DNA of 63,764 nt, the filler included, from Octopus bimaculoides (Eukaryota): the NCBI RefSeq assembly GCF_001194135.2. It is 3 parts of 3 records of this genome, joined end to end, with 100 filler letters (N's around TTAATTAATTAA, not from the genome) between each part and the next. Parts side by side here need not be neighbours in the genome. Positions count along the whole stretch, not along the records: positions 27,456 to 50,640 come from NC_069004.1; 2 more parts are not named here. The stretch is one strand, 5' to 3'. Positions 38,698-50,740 of the stretch are shown one piece after another; position 1 is the stretch's first letter; each line of letters starts with the position of its first letter. The translations under genes and the position numbers were made by a program. A model generated the notes under the pieces. The model had not been told where the DNA came from and did no database searches. It saw only the letters and a program-made list of their open reading frames with translations.

Positions 38698-39298
38698 AGT
38701 AGACTCTATAAAGTGGTTAGCATTAGGAAGGGCATCTAGCCATAGAAACTAAGCCAAAACAGATTATGGAGTCTGATGTGGTCCCTGGCCTTGTCAGTTC
38801 CTGTGAAGCCATCCAACTCATGCAAGCATGGGAAATAGACGTATGATGACGGCATGAAAATGGAATGCAATTGGAAGTGGACAATAAACAACATCATCCA
38901 CCAGCAGCAGCAGGCAGCTTCATCCATGCTACATTTGCCACTAGGACCTCCTTTAATCCTTTAGCATTTAAACTGGCTAAAATATTCTACTCCTTTTTTG
39001 TTCAAATTGGCCATTTCCAGCCTCTCTGCTATTCTAGAAATAAGTAATCACATCACTGAAATCTTGAAGCTACAAGATAATGCATTATTATCGAAAACAA
39101 TGTGAATCTATAAGCAATACATTTGACAGAGTGATCCGAATCTAAAGGGTTGGTTATGCTTAGTGACCCTTAAAATAAATACCAAGGGGTTGGGGCTGAG
39201 GGAAGAGGAAGGTTTTTAAAAAAAAAAGTGTTTAAGTTACACATAAATAAATAGCGAGTGTCAATTGACCAGTCCTAGTACTAATAGATTAAACATAC

Positions 39299-39432
39299 TG
39301 TCTGTAGAGTGGTGTTGTAGTAACAACAGCTTCATCAATTTTAAGCTCTCCCTGGTTCTCCATTTTGTTCAAGGTTTCTTTCAGTTCAGCATTTTTCTCC
39401 TTCAGTATAGAAATATTCTTCTCCACCTCATC
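39299..39432 (-). CDS. TSG101: TSG101 coding exon, coiled coil into steadiness box
   Basis: catttcag|GAT GAG GTG...TAC AGA CA|gtatgt; 134 nt, phase 0-2; DEVEKNISILKEKNAELKETLNKMENQGELKIDEAVVTTTPLYR(Q). Confidence 0.95.
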
Positions 39433-39903
39433 CTGAAATGACAAACAACATTCGAATACAATAATGGTTTGGATTAACATGACAACAGCTTCACTCCCCA
39501 GCTAGCTAAAAAGTCTTAATTACTCTATCCTGAACACACATATACAAGACAAAAATTTTCTTAATGAGATTTTTGATGATCTAACCACATTAACTTGATT
39601 GTTATTTTTTCGGCATTTCTGAATAAATAACTTTCATTAATTCTGTTTCTTTTATTTGCTAATTTTTCACGTCTACTTGTGTGCAGTAATTTATTTCAGG
39701 TGCCAGCATTACAACCATGTGGTTTGGGGGTTCATTCCCACTGCACAGTACCTTGGGATTGAACCCAGGACATATGATTTGGAAGTAAGCTTCTCACCAC
39801 ATAGCCATGCCTGCACCATAAAGTGACAAATTCATTGAATGGGGTGGGGACAAATAACCCCCAGTACTTTATTGACTTGAAAATATTAACTTAGAATGTA
39901 AAA

Positions 39904-40310
39904 GTGTGCAGGTGTGGCTGTGTGGTAAGAAGCTTGCTTCTCAACCATATGGCTCCAGGTTCAGTTCCACTGCATGGCACTTTGGGTGTCTTCTACTTTG
40001 GCCTTGGGCTGACCTAAGCCTTGTGAGTGGATTTTGTGGATGGAAACTGGAAGAAGCCTGTTGTGTGTGTGTGTGTATATACATATTTATGTGTGTGTCT
40101 GTGGGTGTTTGTACCCCCACCATCGCTTGACAACCGATGTTGGTGTGTTTATGTCTCTGTAACTTAGTGATTTGGCAAAGGTGACCAATAGAATAAAGTA
40201 CTAGCTTACAAAGAGTAAGTCCTGGGGTTGATTTCTTCAACTAAAACCCCTTAAGGCGGTGCTCCAGCATGGCTGCAGTCAAAATGACTGAAATGTGTAA
40301 AAGACTAAAA
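39904..40310 (+). mobile_element. tRNA-derived SINE, family C copy in a TSG101 intron
   Basis: Colinear with 59317-59712. Further degraded or reverse copies at about 13740-14070(-), 16600-16990(-), 30120-30240(-), 36995-37150(+), 44350-44500(-), 48920-49120(-). Confidence 0.8.
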
Positions 40311-40391
40311 GACTAGCTAAATGAACCCCTGCCCTGCCACCACCTTAATAATACCAGCTGTTCACATAGAGATACTTATTTCAATACAAAC

Positions 40392-40484
40392 CTTCTCTTG
40401 TTCCAAAGATTTCATCATCTTCTCCAGACACTCACGACCCTTTTGAAGGTCATTCTGTGTTTTATACAGCGTATCCATTTCAGC
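40392..40484 (-). CDS. TSG101: TSG101 coding exon, coiled coil
   Basis: actttcag|GCT GAA ATG...GAG AAG|gtttgt; 93 nt, phase 0-0; AEMDTLYKTQNDLQKGRECLEKMMKSLEQEK. Confidence 0.95.
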
Positions 40485-40639
40485 CTGAAAGTTTACAGAT
40501 TTCAGAGGAGAGGCTTTAGGATTTTATATATCGTCACGGTAATTCAGCACAAAGGAAATATTGGGTCATCCCATAAATAATGTGGTTTTTCAATTGCATG
40601 AACTAAAAGTCGGAGGGGGATGGGATAAACTACCTGCAT

Positions 40640-41190
40640 CAACTTACTGCAAAAGCAGATAGTAATTTTATCTTGTCCTTATTCTTAGAGCATGTTTTGA
40701 AGAGTGCAGATTGATTTTAACAGCTATTTTTTCAAATCTATAATAGAAGTGACAAAAGAGCATATTCGGCATATTTTGCTTTCTGAGTTCAATAAAGGCA
40801 ACAACACAATGGAAAGTGGGAGGAATGTTAATGTAGTATATGGGGATCAGACAATAAGCATAAGCCAGTGTCAACTGTGGTTCCAGAAATTCTGAGCCGG
40901 AAACTACAGCCTAGAAGATGAGCCTCATCCTGGAAGATCTATAGAGCACGACGAGGACGTCTGCAAACCCTGGTGAAATAAAATCCCATCGTAATTGTTG
41001 AGGAGCTAGCAGAGAAGCTTGGATTTGGTCATTCAACCATTCATTGATACCTGTGTGCCATCAGAAAAGTCGGCAAATTAGGTCAATGGATTCCTCACAA
41101 ACTTTTCAAGTCTAATCATGCGCAGAGAGTGAAGGTGTGCTCTTCTTTGCTGTCACGTCTCATGAATGAACCTTTTTTACCCATGTAAGG
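40640..41190 (+). mobile_element. Mariner transposase relic (N-terminal HTH part)
   Basis: KEHIRHILLSEFNKGNNTMESGRNVNVVYGDQTISISQCQLWFQKF*AGNYSLEDEPHPGR, followed by frameshifted transposase sequence (LGQWIPH). Confidence 0.85.
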
Positions 41191-42538
41191 TGTTGTTATC
41201 TGTTTGGTGGGATATGAAAGCACACTCAAACTACCTTAGAAAATGATGGACATATTGTAAAATGTAGTCTTAGATATACAAAAAGACAGATTGATCATGG
41301 TTGGAGCTTCCTTTGATCACAGGCCTGCTCAATGAAGGATGACCAAGGAGCAAAATGTAAAATAAATCGAAGAACCATGGTAGTATTTGAACTCAGAAGG
41401 TAGTTTTAGGCATGGGGATTTTAGTGAGTTGATAAGTGGATTCAATAGGGAGGCTCTATGTAGTTGCTCAGCCTGTAAGAAATAGCAGCTAAGTTTCCTT
41501 CAAATTACATTCTGCCATCTTAAAAGGAAAAACAGGACCATTTTAGCTACCGTTACAAGTATGATAAGGCACAATTTTTTGCCCCCTAAACAAATTAGTC
41601 TCCATTTTAACTCAAAATCAGTGTTCAGGTTACAGGCAAACTGAGGCCCAAGAAATGGCCTGCCAGTATTGTGGTGTGCCTTATCTTTGCACTTAGTAAG
41701 CCATTAAATACAATATTATACAGTACCGGACCTCTTATATGGCTTTCAAAAATCTGGGAATACTGTGCAATATACTGTATTGAGAAAACAGACTGTTTTT
41801 GAAGTTGGTTAATTTATATACAGTGTGTTAAAAATAATTTTGTTCTTTACTTTTTTAAGTGGATTAATAAAGATTAAACACACTATGCTTTAGATGTGTA
41901 TTAATTTGTACCTGTATCTGTTAAGTAAAATCATGTTCATTATTTCATCTAATTTTCTTCCTATAATCATTATACTGTATACATGATACAGTATGGTATA
42001 TTTGAAGACTGTTAAGTGGATTAGAAATGTATTAATCGGAATCTGTTAAATACACTTTAGCTCTTTACATTCCATAGTTAATTTCATGTTTTAAATATAT
42101 ACTCAAAAAGCACTCATGCCGGTGCTATGTAAAAGCACCCTGCAGACTCAATAAAGTGGTTGGCATTAGGAAGGGCATCCAGCTGTAGAAACCATGCCAA
42201 AACAGACATAGAACCTGAACAGCTCTTCAACTGGTCAGCTCCTGTCAAACTGTCCAACCCATGCCAGCATGGAAAATGGATGACGATGATGATGATTTAG
42301 ACTGTCTCCAAAATAACTAGAAAATCCAGAAATCTGAGTCACTTCTAGTTCCAAGTTTGCCAAATAATTATTGCAGTACTATATAATGTAGTTTTGAGAA
42401 ATCTCTTAAAAAGAACAGTTGATCCCAAGCCTGGATGCTTTTGATCATAGACCTGGGACTAATACAAAAGTTCTTAGTTATAATTTTGTTAAGTTAGAGA
42501 TTGAGGAAGATTTATAAAACTACATGATTGTTGCAGAC

Positions 42539-42666
42539 CTGAGCTTGGGCAAATGTTTCCTTTAGACGACGTTTCAGTGTCTCTTCCACAGCAGATATCA
42601 GTGAGGCCTTAATGTGTTCCTCTGTCACAGTACTTGTACCAGATACTGTTTGTGTTAAATGAGTTC
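42539..42666 (-). CDS. TSG101: TSG101 coding exon, start of coiled coil
   Basis: ctcattcag|GA ACT CAT...GCT CAG|gtctgc; 128 nt, phase 1-0; ...GTSTVTEEHIKASLISAVEETLKRRLKETFAQAQ (human TISEDTIRASLISAVSDKLRWRMKE). Confidence 0.95.
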
Positions 42667-42984
42667 CTGAATGAGGTGAAGAGAAAACAAGCATTAAAAA
42701 ACTTATTGTAAATACTGTTAAAAGCTCATATTATTAACATAGAGTAAATACTGGTAAATATTCATATAATAACATATACTAAATATGGTTAAACTTTTGT
42801 TACCATATTTCCATTAAAAACATCTTTATTTTAATGAGTTTAGAAAATAATGAAAAATTTGATATAGCTTTGTCATTATTAAGTTTATGTTCGGAACATA
42901 AATATGAAACTTTAAAAGAAAATTTTAATTCAGGTCACTTGAAAACAGGAAGTTTGTACTATAAAACCATAAGGTATATTGGTA

Positions 42985-43090
42985 TCAAACAGGTTAAATA
43001 TTCATAAATTAACACTGAATAAACATGGTTAAATATTCATAAATTATCACTGATTGAATATGGTTAAATATTCATGAATTAACATAGATT
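42985..43090. repeat. ~35-nt tandem repeat, 3 copies (ggttaaatattcataaattaacactga...)
   Basis: ggttaaatattcat recurs at about 42992, 43028 and 43063 in a TSG101 intron. Confidence 0.7.
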
Positions 43091-43618
43091 AGCAATGTAC
43101 AGTCACACATGGTTAATCATTATGTCACTGTATAAAGCAAAGTACTACTGCAAACACAAAAACCAAACTGTTGTGTGCATCACAGCCATACAATCATATG
43201 AGAAAGCCTTCTTGTGGTTACTCAATCTGTTTGAAACAGCAGCTGAATCATTCTCAAATCACACTCTTTCAAATAAAGAAAGGACACATTTGATAATGTG
43301 GTCCTATACACTTCTAAAAATGACATGGTGGCCATCACTGGAATGTCTCTGATCATAAGTTTGCTTGACAAAGATTGGATTGAGGCTAAAAAACAATGAC
43401 AAATCACACACTGCCACAAAATATCTAAATGGTGTGTTATTATAACTACAGAACTACACGAATATTCACACACACTATCATAGAATATCAAAATACTGTG
43501 TCATCACCACTGCAAAAACTATACTAACATCCACTCACCCACACTACAACAAATAGTCACACACAAGGTTAAAACTCTGTGATGGATTGCTAAGAATATC
43601 AAAGTCTTGAAATCACAT

Positions 43619-43835
43619 TTAACCCTTTAGCATTTAAACCGGCCATATTTGGCCCAAATATTCTGTTTCATGTTCAAACTGACTGGATCTGGCCTCTCAT
43701 ACCTACCCTACAATGTCATTCTAAAACTAAACAACCACATCATTGAAATCTTGAAGTTACAAGATAATGCAAGATTAATTCAAAACAATGTGAATGAATA
43801 AGGATTACATTTGATAGAATAATCTGAATGCTAAG
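43619..43835. mobile_element. MITE with TTAA-CCCTTT termini (piggyBac-like), 3 copies in window
   Basis: ttaaccctttagcatttaaaccggcc...ctgaatgct; related copies at about 38953-39151 and 12930-13139 (the latter ends ctgaatgctaaagggttaa). The superfamily assignment is inferred from TTAA/CCC ends. Confidence 0.65.
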
Positions 43836-45356
43836 AATGCAATGTGTCAGAAAAGTTACTTCACAAATAAAGGTTTCTGTCACATCAAAGACAGAAGGGT
43901 CAACATCATGACCTTTATTTTGTCTCACCCCCACCTCTATAAAACAACTGACATTTCAGGGGGAAAAAAACCATAGCTTCTGATTTATTCTCACACTCCA
44001 CAAATGGTCTGAAAGCTTACAACTAACTGGGGTCAACGAAAGGATATTTTTAGCTAGATGATGGTGGTGGTGGTGGTGGTTGTGTTGATATTAAACTAGG
44101 TGATGGGTTAAACCCACCACCTTAGAACAGATACATCATAGTCACATCCACTTTTCCATGGGTCAGACGGAGTTTATCGGGGAAGATTTTCTATGCAAAC
44201 CCTCACCTGTTTCCAAGCAAAGTAGTATTACCCCATAGCCAGATATGTTCTTGGAGAATGTTAGAAATGAAGGACACTGCTTGACATTCCTTTACATGAT
44301 GTCAAGATAAGGTCACACACACATATATATATATATATATATACGACAATCTTATAGTTTCCATCTACCAAATACATTCACAAGGCTTTAGTTAGCCTAG
44401 GGCTATAGTAGAAGACACCTACCCAAGGTGCTGTGCAGTTGGACTGAACCCAGAACCATGCAGTTGGGAAGTAAACTTCTTACCACAGCCATACCTATAC
44501 CTAGGCAACCATAATTCATAGCCATCGAATTTCACACTCAAGGTTTGGCTGATCTGAAGCCATGCTAAAGGGGACCTGTATATGCTCAAGATTCAGAGCA
44601 GTGAGATCAAACCACTTGCAAAGAGAACTTCTTAAGATTTCCATGCCGGCACAGGTCGCATAAGTGTCTTGCAGTCAACATGCCCCAGTCCATTATCTTG
44701 CACACACATTAACTTAGTTATTACTTCAGATCGAGCCTTTCTGTCTCATCTCATTTCATTTCATTTCTATTTATCTTATCCTCAACTTCAAATATCTCCT
44801 CTTCTCATCCTTCCCTCCATAACACACACACACACACACACAAAGAAAACTGCCATTCTTGGTTACTGTTTATGTTATGATTTTAGAATGGTTATTACAG
44901 CTAGATGCCCGTCCTATCACCAACCAGTTTACAGCATAGACTAAATCCATTTTATCATGCTACCAACACTATAGATGTCTTTGATAGAACTAAAGAGACT
45001 CCTTCTACCTTCTATAAGTTCTTATTTAGAATTATTCCTTTTCAAAATGAATTGATAATGCCAGTGCCACTCCTTGTGGAACCAACATTTGTAAGTGACT
45101 ACAACTACAACATCAACCACAACTTGTGAGCATCAATGCATACCACAACAAAGCAGTAATGTTAGCAATCATCATCGATCAAACAAATGAAGTATTGGAG
45201 CATCACCTACAAATCTGGTTCAAAAATACATAAAACTCACTAAAAACTATTAAAACAAAACAAAATAAAAAAAACCATGAAACCAACAGCAGAAATACAA
45301 AGAAGCAAAATGTGTTGGTGTGGTAGAAAATAATGTGTGGACTAAGTGTGAATTAC

Positions 45357-45599
45357 CTGATGTAGTTGAGTTGAGCCCAAACATAGGTGTTGGAGTGGTA
45401 ACCGACGAAGTCGATTCAGAGTAAGCTGGGTATCCAAGGTAGGGAGTGTTGTACAATGGGTATTGAGGATGTGCAGGGTACGGTAGAGGGTTATTTAAAT
45501 TAGATGGGTAATAAGAGCTAGCAGTGGTCTGTGGTGCAGTATAAGGAATAGGATATGGAGGTATACTGCTTGAAGTTGCAGGACTTGGCATGTAAGGAC
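45357..45599 (-). CDS. TSG101: TSG101 coding exon, proline/tyrosine-rich region
   Basis: tgtttcag|GT CCT TAC...ACA TCA G|gtaatt; 243 nt, phase 1-1; PYMPSPATSSSIPPYPIPY...PYLGYPAY..., open and in phase with both neighbours. Confidence 0.9.
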
Positions 45600-46608
45600 C
45601 TGAAACAATGGAATTGAAAAACATAAATGTTGGTTTAGTGTGTGTGTGTATGTATATATGTGTATGTGTGTGAATGTATACACGAGAGAGAGAAACCAAG
45701 AAATATATCACATAGTGTTAATATATTGTATATAGTTAGTAATTTCAAATATCAATGAATATTTATATTAATATATAATAGTAAAAGAACATAGTATATC
45801 ACAAATTGTATTACAAAGTTAGTATATTGTATCTGTATTAATATATAGTTAGTTTGCAATAGATAACATTAGTATTACTGTACATAGTGCTGGTATATAG
45901 TTACTGCACTTTATCTGTATATAAGATGTATTTTGTATAGCACATGTGTGTGTGTGTGTGTGTGTGTTTGGGGGCTTGTATGGTTCAGTACTAGCTACAC
46001 TTTTGTGCTGGCTATGTGAAGGTGTCTTCTATGCAATGGTGTGAGCTGTGTTAAGGCTGTACTTCATTGGCTGTTATATTAGCATGATTGAGTGTCTTAG
46101 CAAGATGGAAAAATATATGTGAATGTGTATAAAGAGACACTGTCTCAGAACATCTCATCATTTTGCACAGGCATAATGTATCTGGATATGTGAAGATAAT
46201 GTGATCTTATACAAGGATATCACATGATCTTGTATGGTAATCCCATGTGAACATATCATGTGGTCTACTGGGGTAATGTGTTGGAAGATTATATCGTCAT
46301 ATATCTAATTGTTAAAATATGTAATAAAAAAATAAAAAAATTTTAAACCCCATCAAACATCATAAATGTGACAATTTAACACAGAATAACAAAAATATTC
46401 TAGTCTTTTAAAATAATGCCAAATTCTATTCTTTACATAACATAAAAGCTTTACAACTGTGTGTGAGTGTAAGGAATCATGGAAAAGTTGAATCTTTGGA
46501 TTGAATTTTAACTCATTTCATTGGAATGTCCCAGCATATCTTTATTAGACTCAGTTTATCTAAATACAACAACAACAAAGGAACATTAAATCAAGAAGAA
46601 TAGCTTAC

Positions 46609-46789
46609 TTTGTCTTGTAGGATACGGAGGGTGAGAAGTTTGAGCCATTGAATTGCTAGAAGACCAGTCACCCATGTCTACCTGATACGAGGAGTTGACA
46701 GGATTCTGTTGAACCTTCGAGAAGACAGGAGGTTCTTCACCAAACTTTTCTGCCAGTCTATTCAAAAGTCCATAGAGGTCAGACTGAGG
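46609..46789 (-). CDS. TSG101: TSG101 coding exon, end of UEV and start of proline-rich region
   Basis: ttttctag|CCT CAG TCT GAC...AGA CAA A|gtaagc; 181 nt, phase 0-1; PQSDLYGLLNRLAEKFGEEPPVFSK... (human PQSDLLGLIQVMIVVFGDEPPVFSR). Confidence 0.95.
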
Positions 46790-48156
46790 CTAGAAAAAAT
46801 TAGAAGAAAGCATAGAGGTAAGCTGTAGTACCAATAATGTCAAATTATTAAATAAACACTAATATTTAAAAAAATTAGTGGTGATATGCTTTGGCAGAAA
46901 AATCATAGAGTAAAGTTTACAAATTTTGATAAATTTCGTGTACAGTAAGGTGTTGAGAATTTTAATGTTTGTATGTTGTAAGGAGAGGAAAATACTGATG
47001 TTTGAAGCAAAATCTTCTGTCAGAAAGAAAAACAAAACGTTCTCTAAGATTATATTATAAAAACTGGGCTGTGGATCACATTATTTTAAATATGAATTTA
47101 GAAGAACATGGGGAAATGGTAAAATCATCACAGCTGTGTGGTGTTTGTTTCAGTTCACTTCACTCCATGTTCAAATTCAACCAAAGTCAACTTTGCCTTT
47201 TATCCTTTTGGAGTCAACATATAAAGTGCTCATCAATGGGATGAATAAGCAAAATTGTTAGAGTGTCTTATGAGATGCCTGGTTGCTCTTGCATTCTGTT
47301 TGTGATACCTGTGGAGACACTGGCACCTCACCAAATCAACTAGGTGCTGTGTATGCAAGGCCAATTACTGGTTCTACCGTTAAAAAAAAAAATCACCTTA
47401 ATCAGGCCAGTAGCTTGGAGAGAAACTTTCTAAGTGTCGATACTGAGGCCATCTATAACATGACAACACTGGCCATTGACTTTACATCAGTGGGTAAATT
47501 GGCAGAGCCATTAGAAAGTTGGAAAGAACATTTTAGAGCATATGTTCTGATATTCTGTGCCTTGAGTTCAAATCCTATCGAGGCTCCCTTGCTTTTCAGG
47601 CTTGATAAATAAAAGACCAGTCCAGGAAAGTGGGTTGGCAGATTTGTTAGAGCACTGGACAAGATGCTCTAGAGTAACTGTTCCAGCTGTAAGTTTAAAG
47701 TTCAAGTCCTGCTTCCAGTCACCAGAAAAACTGCTCTTTAGGAAGCAAAAATGATGATAAACTTGAGAAAGCCTTAAACAAGTGACCATGTATTTTCAGT
47801 TAATCATTCTCCATAGAGTATATGAGCTGGTAGGAGGGAATGAATAGAAACTTTTGTCTTATGCAATTCTTTTCTTGTTCCATTAAATTAGAATGTTTAG
47901 TAAAACATGCTCAGTTTTTCAAGGAAGATTTTTATGAGTTAACGACATCACATGACTGCAGTGTTGACTCATACATCATGTAACTGTTGAAAGACAAAGT
48001 GGTGGGTGGGTCGGCTAAAAAACCATGTAGTGGGTGGGACAGTTGAAAGACCATGTAGTGGGCAAAACAGTTGAAAGATGAGTAGTAGATGAGCTGTCAA
48101 AAAGATTAACAAAATTGATAAAACTGGTAAAAAATGAAATGTTAAATAAAACTTAC

Positions 48157-48320
48157 ATATTTCCACTGTAACAAGAAAGGCAAATTGATTTTGCCGTTAG
48201 GGTCAACATGTCTACCTGGCTTGATCTGCATGTTGGGAGTCGGCTTGACATAAACAATGGGGGCACAATGAGGGTGGGTATCTAACAACCAGACACATAT
48301 GGGAATGTTGTATCTGTTAT
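48157..48320 (-). CDS. TSG101: TSG101 coding exon, UEV domain (most 5' exon found)
   Basis: tttttcag|AT AAC AGA...TGG AAA TAT|gtaagt; 164 nt, phase 1-0; NRYNIPICVWLLDTHPHCAPIVYVKPTPNMQIKPGRHVDPNGKINLPFLLQWKY matches TSG101 [27 protein letters not shown]...HVDANGKIYLPYLHEWKH. Confidence 0.97.
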
Positions 48321-49214
48321 CTGAAAAAGAAAAAAAAAAAGGAAACTCAGCAATTGGCAAAATTCTTTTTTGGAGATGCTCCCTCTCTCTCTCTCTCTCT
48401 CTCTGACTGGGTAACCATGTATCTCCTCTACAGCAAGACACCTGTTTCTGTCCCTCTGTCACACTCCAACCTCCCACCATCTTGCATAAGACCACTTTCT
48501 CCAATACCACACTCCTGCCAAGGATCTTTGTTTTGCAAGTTGCTTGGTGACCCTGTCAGTGCTGGTACAATGTAAAAAAAACCATCCAGTCCACACTGTA
48601 ACGTGGATGGTGTTAGGAAGGGCATCTATCCAGCTGTAAAAACCATGCCAAACAGACAGTGAAGCCAGGTGCAGTCTCCTGCCGAACCAGCTCTTGACAA
48701 ACTGTCCGACCCATGCCAGCATGGAAAATAGATGTTAAATGATGAGGATGAGGATGAAGATGAGATGAAGAACAAGAAAATTTTTAACATGAAAGAACAG
48801 AAGGGAAGGTCTTCTGAAGAGAAATCTTAAAGTGAACCAATTACTGAATATTTAATTTTTTTTATCATTAAAGTTAATTGTCGTCAGGTGAAGAGGGACA
48901 AACTGTTATTTTTTTACCTTTTAATTGTGTCAGTTATTGGACTGTAGCCATACAGAGGCGCTGCTTTGAAGGATTTTGGTTGTAGGAATCAACCCCAGTA
49001 CTTATTTTATTCTTAAAGCCTGGTACTTATTCCATTGGTCTCTTTTGCTGAACCACTAGGTTATGAAGGACATAAACAAATCAACAGATTGTCAAGGAGT
49101 GGTGGCAGACTAACACATGCAAAAAATATAAATAATATATATATAATATAATATATATAAATAATATATATAAATAATATATATATAATATATATATAAA
49201 TAATATATATATAA

Positions 49215-49987
49215 TACTAGCAGAGATACCTGGCGTTGCCCGTGTTACATGCAAATGAAGAATGCGACTTTTCTGTTATATGTTCTGTAAGGAACTGGAA
49301 TACATATGATTCGAATTTCATCAAAATTGCACATGAGGGTTCTTTCCTTCTTTACACACCCTAAAAAATTCTAGTCATGAGACATGTATCCCATACTATT
49401 GATCTTTATGCGCATATTCCAAAATTTCAGTCTTCTGGAACCTGTAAAAATGATTTTGCTCCTGGAAAATGGAGCTCATGGAGCTCTAAAATGTGGGAAT
49501 GAAGGCCCCTATTGGGGATGGGGGTGTTAATGTCAACCAGAGAAGTTGAATTGGTGGGAATGTTTTTAACTTGGGTCTTATAGTATGTCTGTATATATGT
49601 GAGAGTATAGTTTCACTTGAATAGTTTCAGTATGAAATTGAAAGTATTAAAGTGAAAATATTTGAAATTACAGTAGTGACATATTATTGCTTCACTTTTG
49701 ACAGGTAATACTGAAATAGTGGAATAGTTTCAGTGTTAAAGTGAAAGTATCTGACATTACAGTAGAGTGATGCTATTGTTTCACTTTTGACATGTAATAC
49801 TGAAATAGTGGAGGAGATATGATATTGCTGTGGGCTCGAACTATGCAAGAAGTTAAAAATTTGTTTGGCCTAAGACACTACATGGACCCTAAGTAAGGCA
49901 TGTGTTAATTTGGAATGAAATTGGTTGTGTAGTTCTCGAGTTTTAGGAATTCACACAGACACACATTCTCATCTTTGTATATCAGAT
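49215..49987 (+). mobile_element. Helentron/DINE-like non-autonomous element with internal tandem repeats
   Basis: Starts tactagcagagatacctggcgttgcccg and ends cagacacacattctcatctttgtatatcagat; has an ~88-nt direct repeat at about 49620-49815; a partial second copy of its interior follows at about 49990-50220. Confidence 0.55.
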
Positions 49988-50640
49988 ATTTATGCGCACA
50001 TTCCAAAATTCCAGTGTTATGGACCCTGTAAAAATGATTTTGCTCCTGAAAAATGGAGCTCATGGAGCTGAAAAATGTTGGAGTTAANNNNNNNNNNTGC
50101 TCCTGAAAAATGGAGCTCATGGAGCTGAAAAATGTTGGAGTTAAGGCCCCTATTGGGGTGGGGGTGTTAATGTCAACCAGAGAAGTTGAATTGTTGGGAA
50201 TCTTCTTAACTTGTGTGTATTGTTTGAATTTCTTTGAAATAGGAAATATATGTAGGTTCACTGGGTTTGTAAAAGAGAGCAAAGCTACAGGAAACCAAAA
50301 GATGAATGATCACGATAATCAGTTGGCTACCCTAGCCTAGTTGTTACTACTCCCCAATGTAGGATTCCTCACCATACAGGTGACAGGCACAGCTGTAAGA
50401 TGCATTACGGATCTATAGCAATTGGAAGAGCATGACCCAATTGAAATAACGTGTGACATTTGGAGTAAAGGGAACTGAAAGTGTTGCCTCTGGAGTTTGC
50501 AAATGACCACTATACCGATAGGTAACTGTGCAGAAAAAATTTACAATCAATAAATGTCTAAGAACAACCAGTCACTCATCTGGGAAGGCCTTGAAATCAA
50601 TGTTACCAACTGGGGACTATGTGTGTCGTAGTGATAATAA

Positions 50641-50740
50641 NNNNNNNNNNNNNNNNNNNNNNNNNNNNNNNNNNNNNNNNNNNNTTAATTAATTAANNNN
50701 NNNNNNNNNNNNNNNNNNNNNNNNNNNNNNNNNNNNNNNN
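50641..50740. other. Artificial scaffold join: 44 N + TTAATTAATTAA + 44 N
   Basis: Same 100-nt construct as 27356-27455. Confidence 0.95.

Noticed and set aside
46682-46789. Internal donor CAG|gtagac in the 181-nt TSG101 exon
   Set aside because: It is phase 0 while the next exon needs phase 1; the downstream gtaagc donor keeps the frame.
50041-50150. Exact ~50-nt direct repeat on both sides of a 10-N gap
   Set aside because: Typical unmerged contig overlap, so an assembly artefact.
50371-50440. Minus-strand SVMHLTAVPVTCM before a gtgagg donor as TSG101 exon 3
   Set aside because: Only vague similarity to LMNLTGTIPVPY, wrong phase for the 48320 acceptor, and no FNDG motif.
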